Part shown: positions 1 through 9,115 of the stretch, in pieces
Layout: the number at the start of each line of letters is the position of its first letter
How positions within the stretch are numbered: position 1 is the stretch's first letter
From: an uncultured Thermococci archaeon
GTDB lineage: Archaea > CAYQAE01 > CAYVLA01
Reading direction: 5' to 3'
Length of the DNA: 49,178 bases
Assembly (NCBI GenBank): GCA_964549615.1
Contig: CAZJVP010000019.1
Coordinates: 1 to 49,178, forward strand
Notes under the pieces: generated by a model
Told to the model about the DNA's origin: nothing
What the model saw: only the letters and a program-made list of their open reading frames with translations
Database searches by the model: none
Made by a program: the position numbers and the translations under genes

Positions 1-50
1 TGGCGCAGGCTGGGAGCTGAGAGGGTTCTCGGGAGGGCCAGCCATCTACT

Positions 51-647
51 TTACCGGGAACTGGAACCTGCCGCGAAGTGACCTAGATGACCCACAAAAA
101 GCACGCCCAGAAAAGAGGAAATAATTATGGGATAACACACGTGGGCTTGGGCGGCTAGCTCAAGGGGATATGCTGAAGGCTCGTCGTCAGATGACTTAGA
201 CCGGAGGTGCTTGAGCGCGATGGCGTCGCTGGGCACCAACCCCTCGCACCTAACGTCGTCTTGGTCTTGGATCGTAGAGGCCGAGCAGATTGGAACGGCT
301 CCGACCTTGATGCGGGCCCCAGCTGGGCACGATGCAGCGCACGCGCCGCAGTTCATGCAGATGCCCTCGGGCTTGCCGCTCTCCATTCTGATGATGTTGA
401 TGGGGCATATGACGGCGCACAGACCGCAGCCCGTACACCTAGATCTATCCACGTAGTAGCCTCCTCTGGAGTTCCTCCTGATTGCCTTGGAGGGGCAGAT
501 CTTCGCGCATTCGCCGCAGTTCGTGCAGGCCAGGTAATATCCGCCTTCCGTCCTCCTTATTGCGCCGACCGGGCACCTGCAAAGGCACTTCCCGCAATCT
601 ATCCAGCCTGAGGAGGTCGCATGCACGGCATTTGTTAACGATGTCAA
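51..647 (-). CDS. 4Fe-4S polyferredoxin resembling the N-terminal part of EhbK (energy-converting hydrogenase B subunit K)
   Basis: Three intact CxxCxxCxxxCP motifs plus one degenerate motif (WIDCGKC). The segment GGYYVDRSRCTGCGLC...GICMNCGAC recalls EhbK. The last ~80 aa look unrelated. Confidence 0.75.
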   Translation of the reverse strand: MTSLTNAVHATSSGWIDCGKCLCRCPVGAIRRTEGGYYLACTNCGECAKICPSKAIRRNSRGGYYVDRSRCTGCGLCAVICPINIIRMESGKPEGICMNCGACAASCPAGARIKVGAVPICSASTIQDQDDVRCEGLVPSDAIALKHLRSKSSDDEPSAYPLELAAQAHVCYPIIISSFLGVLFVGHLGHFAAGSSSR

Positions 648-777
648 CTCTTAAGTGGCACAAAGAGACCATGACAGTGCCTCCTCCTTGCGAACAGGGC
701 GAGCCCCCGGTTCCCATGCGGCGTCGATCCATGTTGCCGCTCCGGGTGAGTGAGATCCGCTGATTGATATCCTTATT

Positions 778-1758
778 ATGGAGGGGTCGGGCGGTTCCTT
801 GCGGGATCTCAAGTTGTACGACCTATTGATCATAGGCTCCGGTTGTGCCGGGATGACTGCCGCGATCTACGCTGGCAGGGCTAGACTGAGTACGCTCGTG
901 GTGGCTGGCGAGGCTTGGGGCGGGCAGCTCATGTTGACAACCGAAGTTGAGAACTTCCCAGGATTCAAGGACGGTATCTTGGGTGCCGAGTTGATGACGA
1001 GGATGCGGGAGCAGGCGGGTCGTTTCGGCGCCGAGTTCCTGTTCAGAGATGCGACGAGCGTGGACTTCTCCTCACGTCCCTTCAGGGTGACTGCGGCAGG
1101 CAAGCATTACGATTCCCGGGCGGTCATCATCGCGACCGGTGCCTCGCCGAAGTGGCTTGGCGTGGAGGGGGAGAAAAGGTTTGCGGGAAAGGGGGTCTCC
1201 ATGTGCTCCACCTGCGATGCTCCCCTGTATGCTGGAAAGAAGGCGGTCGTGGTGGGAGGCGGCGACTCGGCGATGGAGGAGGCGCTGGCTCTGGCCAAGT
1301 TTGCGGCGGAGGTCAAAGTCTTGCACCGCAGGGACAGCTTGCGGGCGTCAAAGATCCTGCAGGAGCGGGCCGAGCGGGATCCCAAGATCAGCTTCGTCTG
1401 GAATAGCGTGGTCGAAGAGATACTGGGCAGGGAAAGGGTGGAGGGGATTCGGATCAGAAGGGTCGACACCGGAGAGGAGTCCGTGCTCGAGTGCGACGCG
1501 GTTTTCTTGGCAATCGGGCGTGTGCCGAACACCGCGATCTTTGCTGGCCAGGTGGAACTCGATGAGCGGGGATACGTGGTGTCCAGGGAGATGGTCAGGA
1601 CCAGCGTGGACGGGGTCTTCGTCGCGGGAGAGGCTGCCGATGCGCGCTATCGCCAGGCGATCGTCGAGGCGGGCATGGGCTGTATGGCCGCCATCGAGGC
1701 CCAACGGTACCTCGAGACGGAGAGGGCTAGAGAGCCGCAGATTCGGCGTTTGCCGTGA
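778..1758 (+). CDS. trxB: Thioredoxin-disulfide reductase
   Basis: IIGSGCAG FAD motif, GGQLMLTTEVENFPGF, redox-active CSTC, VVGGGDSAMEEA NADPH motif, HRRD. Confidence 0.95.
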   Translation: MEGSGGSLRDLKLYDLLIIGSGCAGMTAAIYAGRARLSTLVVAGEAWGGQLMLTTEVENFPGFKDGILGAELMTRMREQAGRFGAEFLFRDATSVDFSSRPFRVTAAGKHYDSRAVIIATGASPKWLGVEGEKRFAGKGVSMCSTCDAPLYAGKKAVVVGGGDSAMEEALALAKFAAEVKVLHRRDSLRASKILQERAERDPKISFVWNSVVEEILGRERVEGIRIRRVDTGEESVLECDAVFLAIGRVPNTAIFAGQVELDERGYVVSREMVRTSVDGVFVAGEAADARYRQAIVEAGMGCMAAIEAQRYLETERAREPQIRRLP

Positions 1759-1768
1759 GGTCCCCCGA

Positions 1769-2509
1769 CTAGAAGGAAGGTTCGCTTCCCACGATCCTCT
1801 TGTACGCCTCGTCGTACGCCCTCTTGATGGACTCCGGGCTTCCTCCGTTTCTGAATACCTGCTTGTCGTACTCGACCAGCTTCCCCTCGGCGAAGGCCTT
1901 GGAGTCGAGGATCCGCATCGAATCGCACGCTATCTCGTCGGCGACCACGATGCCGCCATCAGGCCTTCCGAACTCCAGCTTGAAATCCGCGAGCAAAAGT
2001 CCCCTCGCGGAAAGAAATTCGCTCAGGATCGCATTGGCTTTGAGCGTCAGCTCCCTGATCTTCTTCATCTCGGCGACGGTGGCAAGGTTGAGCATGGCTA
2101 TGTGGTCCTCGTTTATCCACGGGTCATGCAGGGCATCGTTCTTCAGGTAGAACTCGATGACGGGGGCCTTCAGCCTCAAGCCCGGGTCGAGGGGGAGGCG
2201 CCTGACGATGCTGCCCATCGCTATGTTCCTGCATACAACCTCGACGGGGATGATCTCGACCCGTCTGACCTCCATGAGGCCGGGCTCGGGCAGGGAGATG
2301 AAGTGGGTTGGGACGCCATTCTTTTCGAGGTCCCGGAGAAGGCGGGCTGAGATGACGGAGTTGTACTTCCCCTTGCTCGGCATCCTGTCGCGCTTCAGGC
2401 CATCGAGTGCGGTCAGGTCATCCTTGAACCTCATCAGGAGCGTCCTGTCGTCCCTTGAGTAGAGTATCTTCGTCTTTCCCTCTCTGAGGAGTTTGCCTTG
2501 CGGTTGCAT
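1769..2509 (-). CDS. purC: SAICAR synthetase
   Basis: EGKTKILY, FKDDLTA, IPVEVVCRNIAMGS, LADFKLEFG, ADEI. Start moved to ATG 2509 after a GGTGG SD. Confidence 0.95.
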   Translation of the reverse strand: MQPQGKLLREGKTKILYSRDDRTLLMRFKDDLTALDGLKRDRMPSKGKYNSVISARLLRDLEKNGVPTHFISLPEPGLMEVRRVEIIPVEVVCRNIAMGSIVRRLPLDPGLRLKAPVIEFYLKNDALHDPWINEDHIAMLNLATVAEMKKIRELTLKANAILSEFLSARGLLLADFKLEFGRPDGGIVVADEIACDSMRILDSKAFAEGKLVEYDKQVFRNGGSPESIKRAYDEAYKRIVGSEPSF

Positions 2510-2590
2510 CCACCACCGGCGGACCAGCGACAGCCGACCCAAAAAAAGTTTGCCTGCCCGTGGTGTTCCGTGTGGTCAAGGAGGCCGGGA

Positions 2591-3526
2591 CTAGAACAGC
2601 AGGAGCCTCCTGGACGGGCTGTCGAAACGCCAGAGCCCGTTCCTGGACGCGATCTGGACTGCCTCCTCGTACTCCCGCCTCGTTATGCCGCGTCTGAGAG
2701 CAGCAACGGTGTCGGCCTTGTAGCAGGGCCTGTACTGGTCCATCAGGTTGATGTAGGTGTCCTTCGAAACCCGTTGGGCAATGAACCTGGTCGTCTCGTC
2801 GGTTCCGGCGAGCCCCTCGGGGAGCACGAGGTGCCTCACGAGCAGGCCGCGCGTCGCGATTCCATCCTCGTTGATCTGCAGGTCGCCCACTTGGCGGTGC
2901 ATCTCGATCACGGCAGCCCTGTTCCTCTCGACGTAGTCATCGATCCCGGAGAGCTTCTTGGCCGTCGCGTTGTCCGCATACTTCATGTCCGGCATGTAGA
3001 TGTCGACTATTCCGTCCAGCAGCTTGAGCGTCGCGATCGAGTCGTAGCCCCCGGTGTTGTAGACGAGGGGAAGACGAAGCCCGCGTTCGATTGCATTGGG
3101 GAGGGCGGACAGTATCTGTGGGACAACATGGGTTGGGCTCACAAAATTGATGTTCTCGCATCCCAGTCTTTGCAGGTAGAGCATGATGGTCGCGATCTTG
3201 TCCGGCTCGACGGGCTCGCCCTCTCCCAACTGGCTTATCTCGAAGTTCTGGCAGAAGATGCACTTCAGGTTGCAGTTTGCGAAGAATATCGTTCCCGACC
3301 CGCCCCGGCCGACCAGGGGCGCCTCCTCGCCGAAGTGGGGGTTGAAGCTTGAGATGATGGCTCTCTCTCCAGTCCTGCAGGCACCGGTCTTGTTTGACAG
3401 CCGATCCACAGCGCAGTTCCTCGGGCAAACCGAACAAGGGGAAAGGAGCGAGCGGGCTGCATCGATGCGGTCGGTAAGTTCCGCGGAACTGAGGTCGAGG
3501 TAGGCGGGATGAAAGCCTTTGGCCAT
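2591..3526 (-). CDS. Radical SAM protein, PflX-like
   Basis: CSVCPRNC N-terminal motif, PHFGEEAPLVG, GSGTIFF, CNLKCIFCQN, YMPDMKY, VRHLVLP. Start placed at ATG 3526. Confidence 0.9.
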   Translation of the reverse strand: MAKGFHPAYLDLSSAELTDRIDAARSLLSPCSVCPRNCAVDRLSNKTGACRTGERAIISSFNPHFGEEAPLVGRGGSGTIFFANCNLKCIFCQNFEISQLGEGEPVEPDKIATIMLYLQRLGCENINFVSPTHVVPQILSALPNAIERGLRLPLVYNTGGYDSIATLKLLDGIVDIYMPDMKYADNATAKKLSGIDDYVERNRAAVIEMHRQVGDLQINEDGIATRGLLVRHLVLPEGLAGTDETTRFIAQRVSKDTYINLMDQYRPCYKADTVAALRRGITRREYEEAVQIASRNGLWRFDSPSRRLLLF

Positions 3527-3576
3527 CACTATGATGGTTTCCGGATGGGGGAGATTAATCTGACTCTGGGAGAGCT

Positions 3577-4047
3577 TCAGTCGCCGCGTATCGCCCGCAC
3601 GAAGGCCTGGATCTGTTGCGCTCGATTGCCAGCGACAAGGTCCTTTCGTCGCACCGCGAGGCATTCGCGAACAACGGCTCCCGCCGCTAGGCGCTTCATC
3701 TCCTCAAAGACATCAGCCGCGCCGCCGTTCGAGACCGAAAAGAAGTACAGCTGCTTCCCGGATAGGGCGTAGTTGGTCAGGAAGGTCCTGACAGCCGGCG
3801 TCATCCGGCCCGCCCAGACGGGGGTACCGACGATGATGGGGTCGTACCCAGCGGGCTCGACCTTCAGTTCGATTCGGGTGAGTTTCCGCCTGAAGGCGTC
3901 CGACCCGGATCTTAGAAATCCCAGCAACCCTTTGCGGTTCTTGCGGTCGACGATCTCGTGGCACTCGGCGCCGACGGCCTTCGCCACGGTTTCAGCCAAG
4001 GTCTTGTTCGAGCCCGTTCGAGAGTAATAAACGACGAGCGGCTTCAG
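3577..4047 (-). CDS. Flavodoxin-like protein
   Basis: VVYYSRTGSNKTLA and GTPVWAG FMN-binding motifs. Probable CTG start after a GGAGGGTGA SD. Confidence 0.85.
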   Translation of the reverse strand: MKPLVVYYSRTGSNKTLAETVAKAVGAECHEIVDRKNRKGLLGFLRSGSDAFRRKLTRIELKVEPAGYDPIIVGTPVWAGRMTPAVRTFLTNYALSGKQLYFFSVSNGGAADVFEEMKRLAAGAVVRECLAVRRKDLVAGNRAQQIQAFVRAIRGD

Positions 4048-4267
4048 ATGCTCACCCTCCGATCCTTTCAAGCCGAGACTGCCTCGCTCATAAATGGATC
4101 GCGCACTTGCCCGATCATGGTACCATCTCATCGCGCTTCACACGGCTGCGCGCCAAGTGCGAACCATGCCGATCGAGCCCGCGTGAGCAGCGAAAGGAGT
4201 CCCGAGGCCTGAAGCCCGCCGCGGCGTCGGGGGTTCCGTCAGAAGTACACGGGTTCCTTGCTTCATT

Positions 4268-5128
4268 CTATGCGGGAGCGAGATCGAAGCTGTAATGGGA
4301 CCTGTGATCGTAGTAATCGTGGGAGGAACCGATGAAGATCCAGGATGTGTCGACCATTGAGCTCTTCCGTTTCATGGTCTGTCCGGTCGTGTCGATGACG
4401 TACCAGCGGAAATCCCCATCCCTGACGTACCACACCTTAGCCTTCACGCCGCCCAGGCCCGATCTCCTCTTCCTTATCCTGCTGATGACGATCTTGCGGA
4501 CCTCCTCTTCGCCGGACGTGACGAGGACGAGCATGCGGTAGTGGAATCCGCGGCTTCCCTTGGAGTCGTCCTCGACCAGATCCACTTTGAACCTGATTCC
4601 GCTGGCATTGAACATCGCGGCGAGGAGGATGGCATGGGACCTGTCGTCACCGGAGTACCTCGTGAGCACGTCCGTCAGATTCGTGTAGTTCCTCGAGTAC
4701 TTGTACCTCACGTTTGCCGCGACGAGGTTGGCGAGGAGGTCGACCCTCTCGAGGTAGCCCTTGTTCTTAGTGCGGGACTCCACGAGCTTTTTCACATCAG
4801 GGGAGTCCATGTTCTGGATGAAGGGAGCTGAGAGGTTTCTTTCCCATTCCGCCAGGCGTTGCGAGTCGTTGAGCAGCCCAAGTTTGGCCAGCAATGCTTG
4901 GCTGCCGTTTTGGATCTCAACGAACTCGACGTCGATCGCCTGTATGTACCTGAAGAAGGGCCCGGGAAACAGCACCGCCAACACGAGGAGCAGGACGGCG
5001 ACCGCGAGGACGACCCAGAAAAGCTTCTCCATCGTGGTCCTTTTCCTGCGCACGGGCCCCCCACAGACCGGACATTCCTGGACGAACTCCGGGAGCCACA
5101 TGCGGCACGCGGGACAGTAGTAGTGCAT
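4268..5128 (-). CDS. Membrane-anchored protein: zinc ribbon, TM helix, transglutaminase-like domain lacking the catalytic Cys
   Basis: CPAC/CPVC, a hydrophobic helix, GDDRSHAILLAAMF (family consensus GDCxDxAxL), HY, WYVIDTT. Confidence 0.65.
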   Translation of the reverse strand: MHYYCPACRMWLPEFVQECPVCGGPVRRKRTTMEKLFWVVLAVAVLLLVLAVLFPGPFFRYIQAIDVEFVEIQNGSQALLAKLGLLNDSQRLAEWERNLSAPFIQNMDSPDVKKLVESRTKNKGYLERVDLLANLVAANVRYKYSRNYTNLTDVLTRYSGDDRSHAILLAAMFNASGIRFKVDLVEDDSKGSRGFHYRMLVLVTSGEEEVRKIVISRIRKRRSGLGGVKAKVWYVRDGDFRWYVIDTTGQTMKRKSSMVDTSWIFIGSSHDYYDHRSHYSFDLAPA

Positions 5129-5384
5129 TCCGGCAAACGGGCATCGATCATCGATAAATCTGTGACGGGAATCCGAACGACTGCGCCTTGGCTCATTGTT
5201 GCAGCGAGGGTCGGTCCCAAGGTTGTCCCTGTCGCGAGGTTTCCCGGGTTCCTCGCATGCGAGCGCGGAGATACGAAACAGCTGTGGAGGGATTGGAATC
5301 TCTAATTACATTTTGTCCTTTTTTGATCCATAAAGAAACAGAAGGAAAGACATATATCTGCATTCCCTATATGGGGATGCCCCA

Positions 5385-6233
5385 ATGAAGGTCAGGGAAG
5401 TCATGACACCGGAACCCAAGTACATCGAGATACCTAGCACTCGCCAGGCGGCGCTGATCATGTTCCAGAAGCATCGCGTGACGGGCCTCCCGGTCCTGAA
5501 GGAGGGGACCAGGAAGCTGGTCGGGCTGATCACCCTCAGGGACCTCGCAAGCCACCCGGACGAGGAACAGGTGGCCATGATCATGAACAAGGACATCCCG
5601 ACCGTCGACCCCGATGATGACTTCAAGAAGGCCTGCGAGATAATGGTAAAACAGGACATCAGGCATGTGCCCGTCGTCTTCGAGGGCATGCTCGTCGGGA
5701 TTGTGACCGTCAAGGACATTCTCAGACGGGCCGTCATGGAGTTGGATCTGGAGATCTTCGTTCGCGATGTCTTCAGCGATCAGGTCACCGCCGTGTGGGA
5801 GGAAACGCCGCTGCGGGCGGCCTGGGTCATCATGAGTGCGTCAAAGTCGCACACGGTGCCAGTCGTGGACGCCAAGGGCAGGGTGGTCGGCATCATATCC
5901 GATGTGGACATCATCCGTGCTTCGGAGATAAAGGAGTCCGCCGCTACCGACATGTTGACCACCGAGACCGAGGGCGACGTGTGGTCGCTTGAGGGCAAGA
6001 ACCTGCTCTACGTGGTTAGCAAGAACCTCGTGATCCCGCAAGACAAGACGGTTCGGGACCTCATGACGAAGGAGATCGGGGTTGGGCGCCGCACACCCAT
6101 CAAGCGCTGCGCGAAGATCATGGTGACAACGGATCTCAAGGAGATCCCCGTACTGGCGCCTGAGGGGGAACTGGTTGGCGTCGTCAGGGACGTTGACTTG
6201 GTGAAGGCCCTGTTGCCTGCTTCAGCTCGTTGA
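5385..6233 (+). CDS. CBS-domain protein (two Bateman modules)
   Basis: MKVREVMT, LPV...LVGLITLRDL, VPVV...VGIISDVD repeats. Confidence 0.9.
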   Translation: MKVREVMTPEPKYIEIPSTRQAALIMFQKHRVTGLPVLKEGTRKLVGLITLRDLASHPDEEQVAMIMNKDIPTVDPDDDFKKACEIMVKQDIRHVPVVFEGMLVGIVTVKDILRRAVMELDLEIFVRDVFSDQVTAVWEETPLRAAWVIMSASKSHTVPVVDAKGRVVGIISDVDIIRASEIKESAATDMLTTETEGDVWSLEGKNLLYVVSKNLVIPQDKTVRDLMTKEIGVGRRTPIKRCAKIMVTTDLKEIPVLAPEGELVGVVRDVDLVKALLPASAR

Positions 6234-7710
6234 ACGTGACGAGCCCGTTGTACAGTCTCCACAACGCGGTGGGGACCTCGGATATGGCGATCCGGATCTG
6301 TGCCGTGGTGTCTCGATCACGGATGGTCACGGACTCGTCCTTGAGGGACTGGAAATCAACCGTTAGCGAGTAGGGACACCCGATCTCGTCGACCCTTGCG
6401 TATCTTCTTCCGATCGAGCCGGACTCATCGTAGAAACAGGCAATACCGTGGGCCTTCAGGTCGTCCTCGACCTTGCGTGCGAGCTGGGGTAGTCCCTCCT
6501 TGTTGAGAAGCGGGAAGACCGCCGCGAGAAATGGGGAGATCTGAGGAGGCAGGGAAAGATACGTGCGCTCGCCCTCCTTCCTCATCGAGACCTCAAGCAG
6601 GCAGATCAGCGTGCGATCCAAGCCGGCAGAGATCTCCCAGACGTGGGGGATGAACTTCTCCCCGTCCTCCCGCGTCCATCTCAGATCGGCCCCGCTTCCG
6701 CGCATGTGGCCGGCCAGATCGTAGTCCACCCTGTAGTTGTTGGCCACCAGTTCGACCCACCCCAGCTTGTCGGAGAGTACCTCGAAGTCCCACGTCTCCT
6801 TGGAGTAGAAAGGCCTCTCATCCTCGCCCACCTCTCTGAACCTCAGGGATTCCCTGGGGAAACCCATGCCCTCCCAGACCCTCTGAACCTCGGCGAGGTA
6901 GTAGGCTATCAGCTTGCCGCTCACAAGCTTCCTATCCAGAAGATCGGGCGGACGAAGTTCCACCAGCTCATCGGACCCCAAGGTTAGGAAGTTCATCCTG
7001 ACGTCAGCGACTTGCTCGAACTGTGGGAAATCGTCGATCTTCTCGGGGTCGAAAAAGATCTCACACTCGATCTGGCCAAACTCCCTCTGCCTGATCAGAA
7101 AATTGCGCGGCGATATCTCGTTCCTGAAAGATGCGCCTTCCTGGCAGATCCCGAAGGGAAGTTTCACCCTCATCGTCTTCGTCAGCCTGAGGTAGTCGCA
7201 GAAGATCGACTGGCAGGTCTCGGGCCTTAGGTAGCATATCTGATCCTGGAGTGGCCCCAGCATCACGCCCATCATGAGGTTGAACCTCCTGACCTTCGAG
7301 AGCTTTCCCCCACAGGAAGGACAGACGAGGCCGTGTTGCGAGATCAGTTCATCGAGCTTTGCTTCTTCCGTCCCTTCAGGGACCTGCTGTCCGGTCGCCT
7401 CCGAAACTACCTTGTCTGCCCTGTGCATCGCGTGGCATTTCTCGCATTGGGTGAGCGGGTCGCTGAAGCCGGTCAGGTGGCCGGATGACTCGAAGACGGC
7501 CTTGGGCATGATCTGGGCGCCCTGGATCTCAAGCATTCGGTTCTTCTGGACCAGATGCCGCCTCCAGAATGCCGCGATGTTCCGCCTCATCGCCTGGCCG
7601 AGCGGGCCGAAGTCGAACAATCCCGAGGGCGCCGAAGCGTAGATCTCGGATGCCGGGTAGAAGATGGCCCTCCTGAGCGCGAGGCTGGTGGCATCGTCAA
7701 ATCTGGAGAT
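6184..7710 (-). CDS. glyS: Glycine--tRNA ligase, archaeal/eukaryotic alpha2 type
   Basis: LRPETCQSIF, FRNEISPR, REFGQIE, GSIGRRYARVDEIG. The conserved N-terminus (LALRRAIFYPASEIY) extends 30 codons upstream of the track's TTG 7620 to an ATC at 7710. Confidence 0.93.
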   Translation of the reverse strand: MSRFDDATSLALRRAIFYPASEIYASAPSGLFDFGPLGQAMRRNIAAFWRRHLVQKNRMLEIQGAQIMPKAVFESSGHLTGFSDPLTQCEKCHAMHRADKVVSEATGQQVPEGTEEAKLDELISQHGLVCPSCGGKLSKVRRFNLMMGVMLGPLQDQICYLRPETCQSIFCDYLRLTKTMRVKLPFGICQEGASFRNEISPRNFLIRQREFGQIECEIFFDPEKIDDFPQFEQVADVRMNFLTLGSDELVELRPPDLLDRKLVSGKLIAYYLAEVQRVWEGMGFPRESLRFREVGEDERPFYSKETWDFEVLSDKLGWVELVANNYRVDYDLAGHMRGSGADLRWTREDGEKFIPHVWEISAGLDRTLICLLEVSMRKEGERTYLSLPPQISPFLAAVFPLLNKEGLPQLARKVEDDLKAHGIACFYDESGSIGRRYARVDEIGCPYSLTVDFQSLKDESVTIRDRDTTAQIRIAISEVPTALWRLYNGLVTFNELKQATGPSPSQRP

Positions 7711-7745
7711 AGAACCACATCCTTTGCCTGCCAGCTTCGGCGAGC

Positions 7746-7760
7746 GTTAAAAATATCTTC
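7746..7760 (-). promoter_or_regulatory. Putative BRE/TATA box of glyS
   Basis: GAAGATATTTTTAAC on the minus strand, about 40 nt upstream of ATC 7710. Confidence 0.55.
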
Positions 7761-7774
7761 GCACCAGATTTGGC

Positions 7775-8227
7775 CTAGGCCTCAAGTAGCCTCAGCGCGG
7801 CAATGTGTTTGCAGCCGCCAAGGCGCCTCCTGTACTTCCAGTCCTCGCAGGAGCACTGGAAATACCTTCTTGAGTAGCCCACCTTTTGCTTCCCCACCTT
7901 GAACCCGTCCGGATCGCGCACCACGGTTTGCTGCAGCTCCGTCGCCTGAAGGGTTCGCTGGTCCTCTGCTAGGCCCCTGATGCGCTCGAGGGAATCCTCG
8001 TCGCGATGGATGAAGAGCTCGGTGAGGTAGACGAGGAAGTAGTTGTCGGTGGTGTTGCCGAGCCTTCGCCCGTCAAGGAAGATGTCGAAACCGACAGCCG
8101 CTGGGCGAAACACCACCCGCGCGTCGCCGGCAGTGATGGAATCGGCTTCGAATCTGCGCGCCTTGAGGATCTTCCTAGCAAGCCTTGAATAGGTTCCCTC
8201 CGGTGCTGTAAGATCCTTGCCCCCCAT
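7775..8227 (-). CDS. SWIM zinc-finger protein
   Basis: C-terminal CSC...CKH motif (FQCSCEDWKYRRRLGGCKHIAA). Confidence 0.75.
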   Translation of the reverse strand: MGGKDLTAPEGTYSRLARKILKARRFEADSITAGDARVVFRPAAVGFDIFLDGRRLGNTTDNYFLVYLTELFIHRDEDSLERIRGLAEDQRTLQATELQQTVVRDPDGFKVGKQKVGYSRRYFQCSCEDWKYRRRLGGCKHIAALRLLEA

Positions 8228-8240
8228 CTGGCCGCACGCT

Positions 8241-8750
8241 TCACCCAGGCCGTTTGCCCGCCGGCTTTGTCGTTGTGCGGGTAATGATGAGTATGAGGCC
8301 GAAGACGAAAAGCCCCGTGAGCATGAATCCAAGGTTCACGGGATCGATGATCGGCTTCTTCGATCGCGGCGGTTCGGGCCGACCGGGAATCGTGAATGAG
8401 ATCTGCTCGTGGGCGGCTATGTCGCCGCTGTCCTCCAAGCCCGCTCCTAGCCTTTCGACGACGTAGAAATCGAAGGTGTAGTTGCCCCCCTCAAGGAAGA
8501 AGTAACCGAGATCAACCCTGGGTTCGACCCTGGGATACAAAAGCACCCCAGCCATGGCACCCGAGATTTCGATCCTGAGGCTCATGTTCGTCCATTCTTC
8601 CTGCGGGGCGATCCGCAGGGTGAGCTGGGCGTCCCCCGGCTCGGTCAGATTCTCGTACCCGGAGAGGTTGAAGAACTGGCACCAGGAGGGTTGGGTGACG
8701 ACCATCACCGGGACCATGAGGAGGGCGAACCGACCCAGGGTGAGCTTCAA
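8241..8750 (-). CDS. Hypothetical exported protein with C-terminal TM anchor
   Basis: Signal-peptide-like N-terminus, several N-x-S/T sequons, C-terminal hydrophobic helix with basic tail. Confidence 0.65.
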   Translation of the reverse strand: MKLTLGRFALLMVPVMVVTQPSWCQFFNLSGYENLTEPGDAQLTLRIAPQEEWTNMSLRIEISGAMAGVLLYPRVEPRVDLGYFFLEGGNYTFDFYVVERLGAGLEDSGDIAAHEQISFTIPGRPEPPRSKKPIIDPVNLGFMLTGLFVFGLILIITRTTTKPAGKRPG

Positions 8751-9115
8751 TCCGGATCCTCTGCTGCTATGGTTCCCCGTCCGAATAAAAGGGTTTTTGG
8801 CATCCCGGCCTTGTTGGCTCGCAGGCCCATTGGACTTTGAGGCCGATCTCAGGAGGGGAGGGATGAATCCTCACTGCCCGTAGACAGCGATCCTAGGAGG
8901 GTATCAATCGACGAAACTTGAACGACATCGCGGGCCCATCGCTCAGGCCGTCCCGAACAAAGGTAACCAGGTGGGTGTCTCCGGTATGGGTCGTGGATAT
9001 CAGGCGGCAGCGAACGCCTCGGCGAGCCCCGACTAGTTGCGCTCGATGGCTCGATGGCAAACAGATATCACCTCAAAGCGCAACTGCGTCCGAGGCCTGC
9101 AAACGAGGGACGCAA

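Noticed and set aside
1139-3352. Long alternative ORFs 1139-2350 and 2498-3352 (similarly 43154-44128 and 47047-48153)
   Set aside because: Shadow or antisense frames of real genes, expected at high GC
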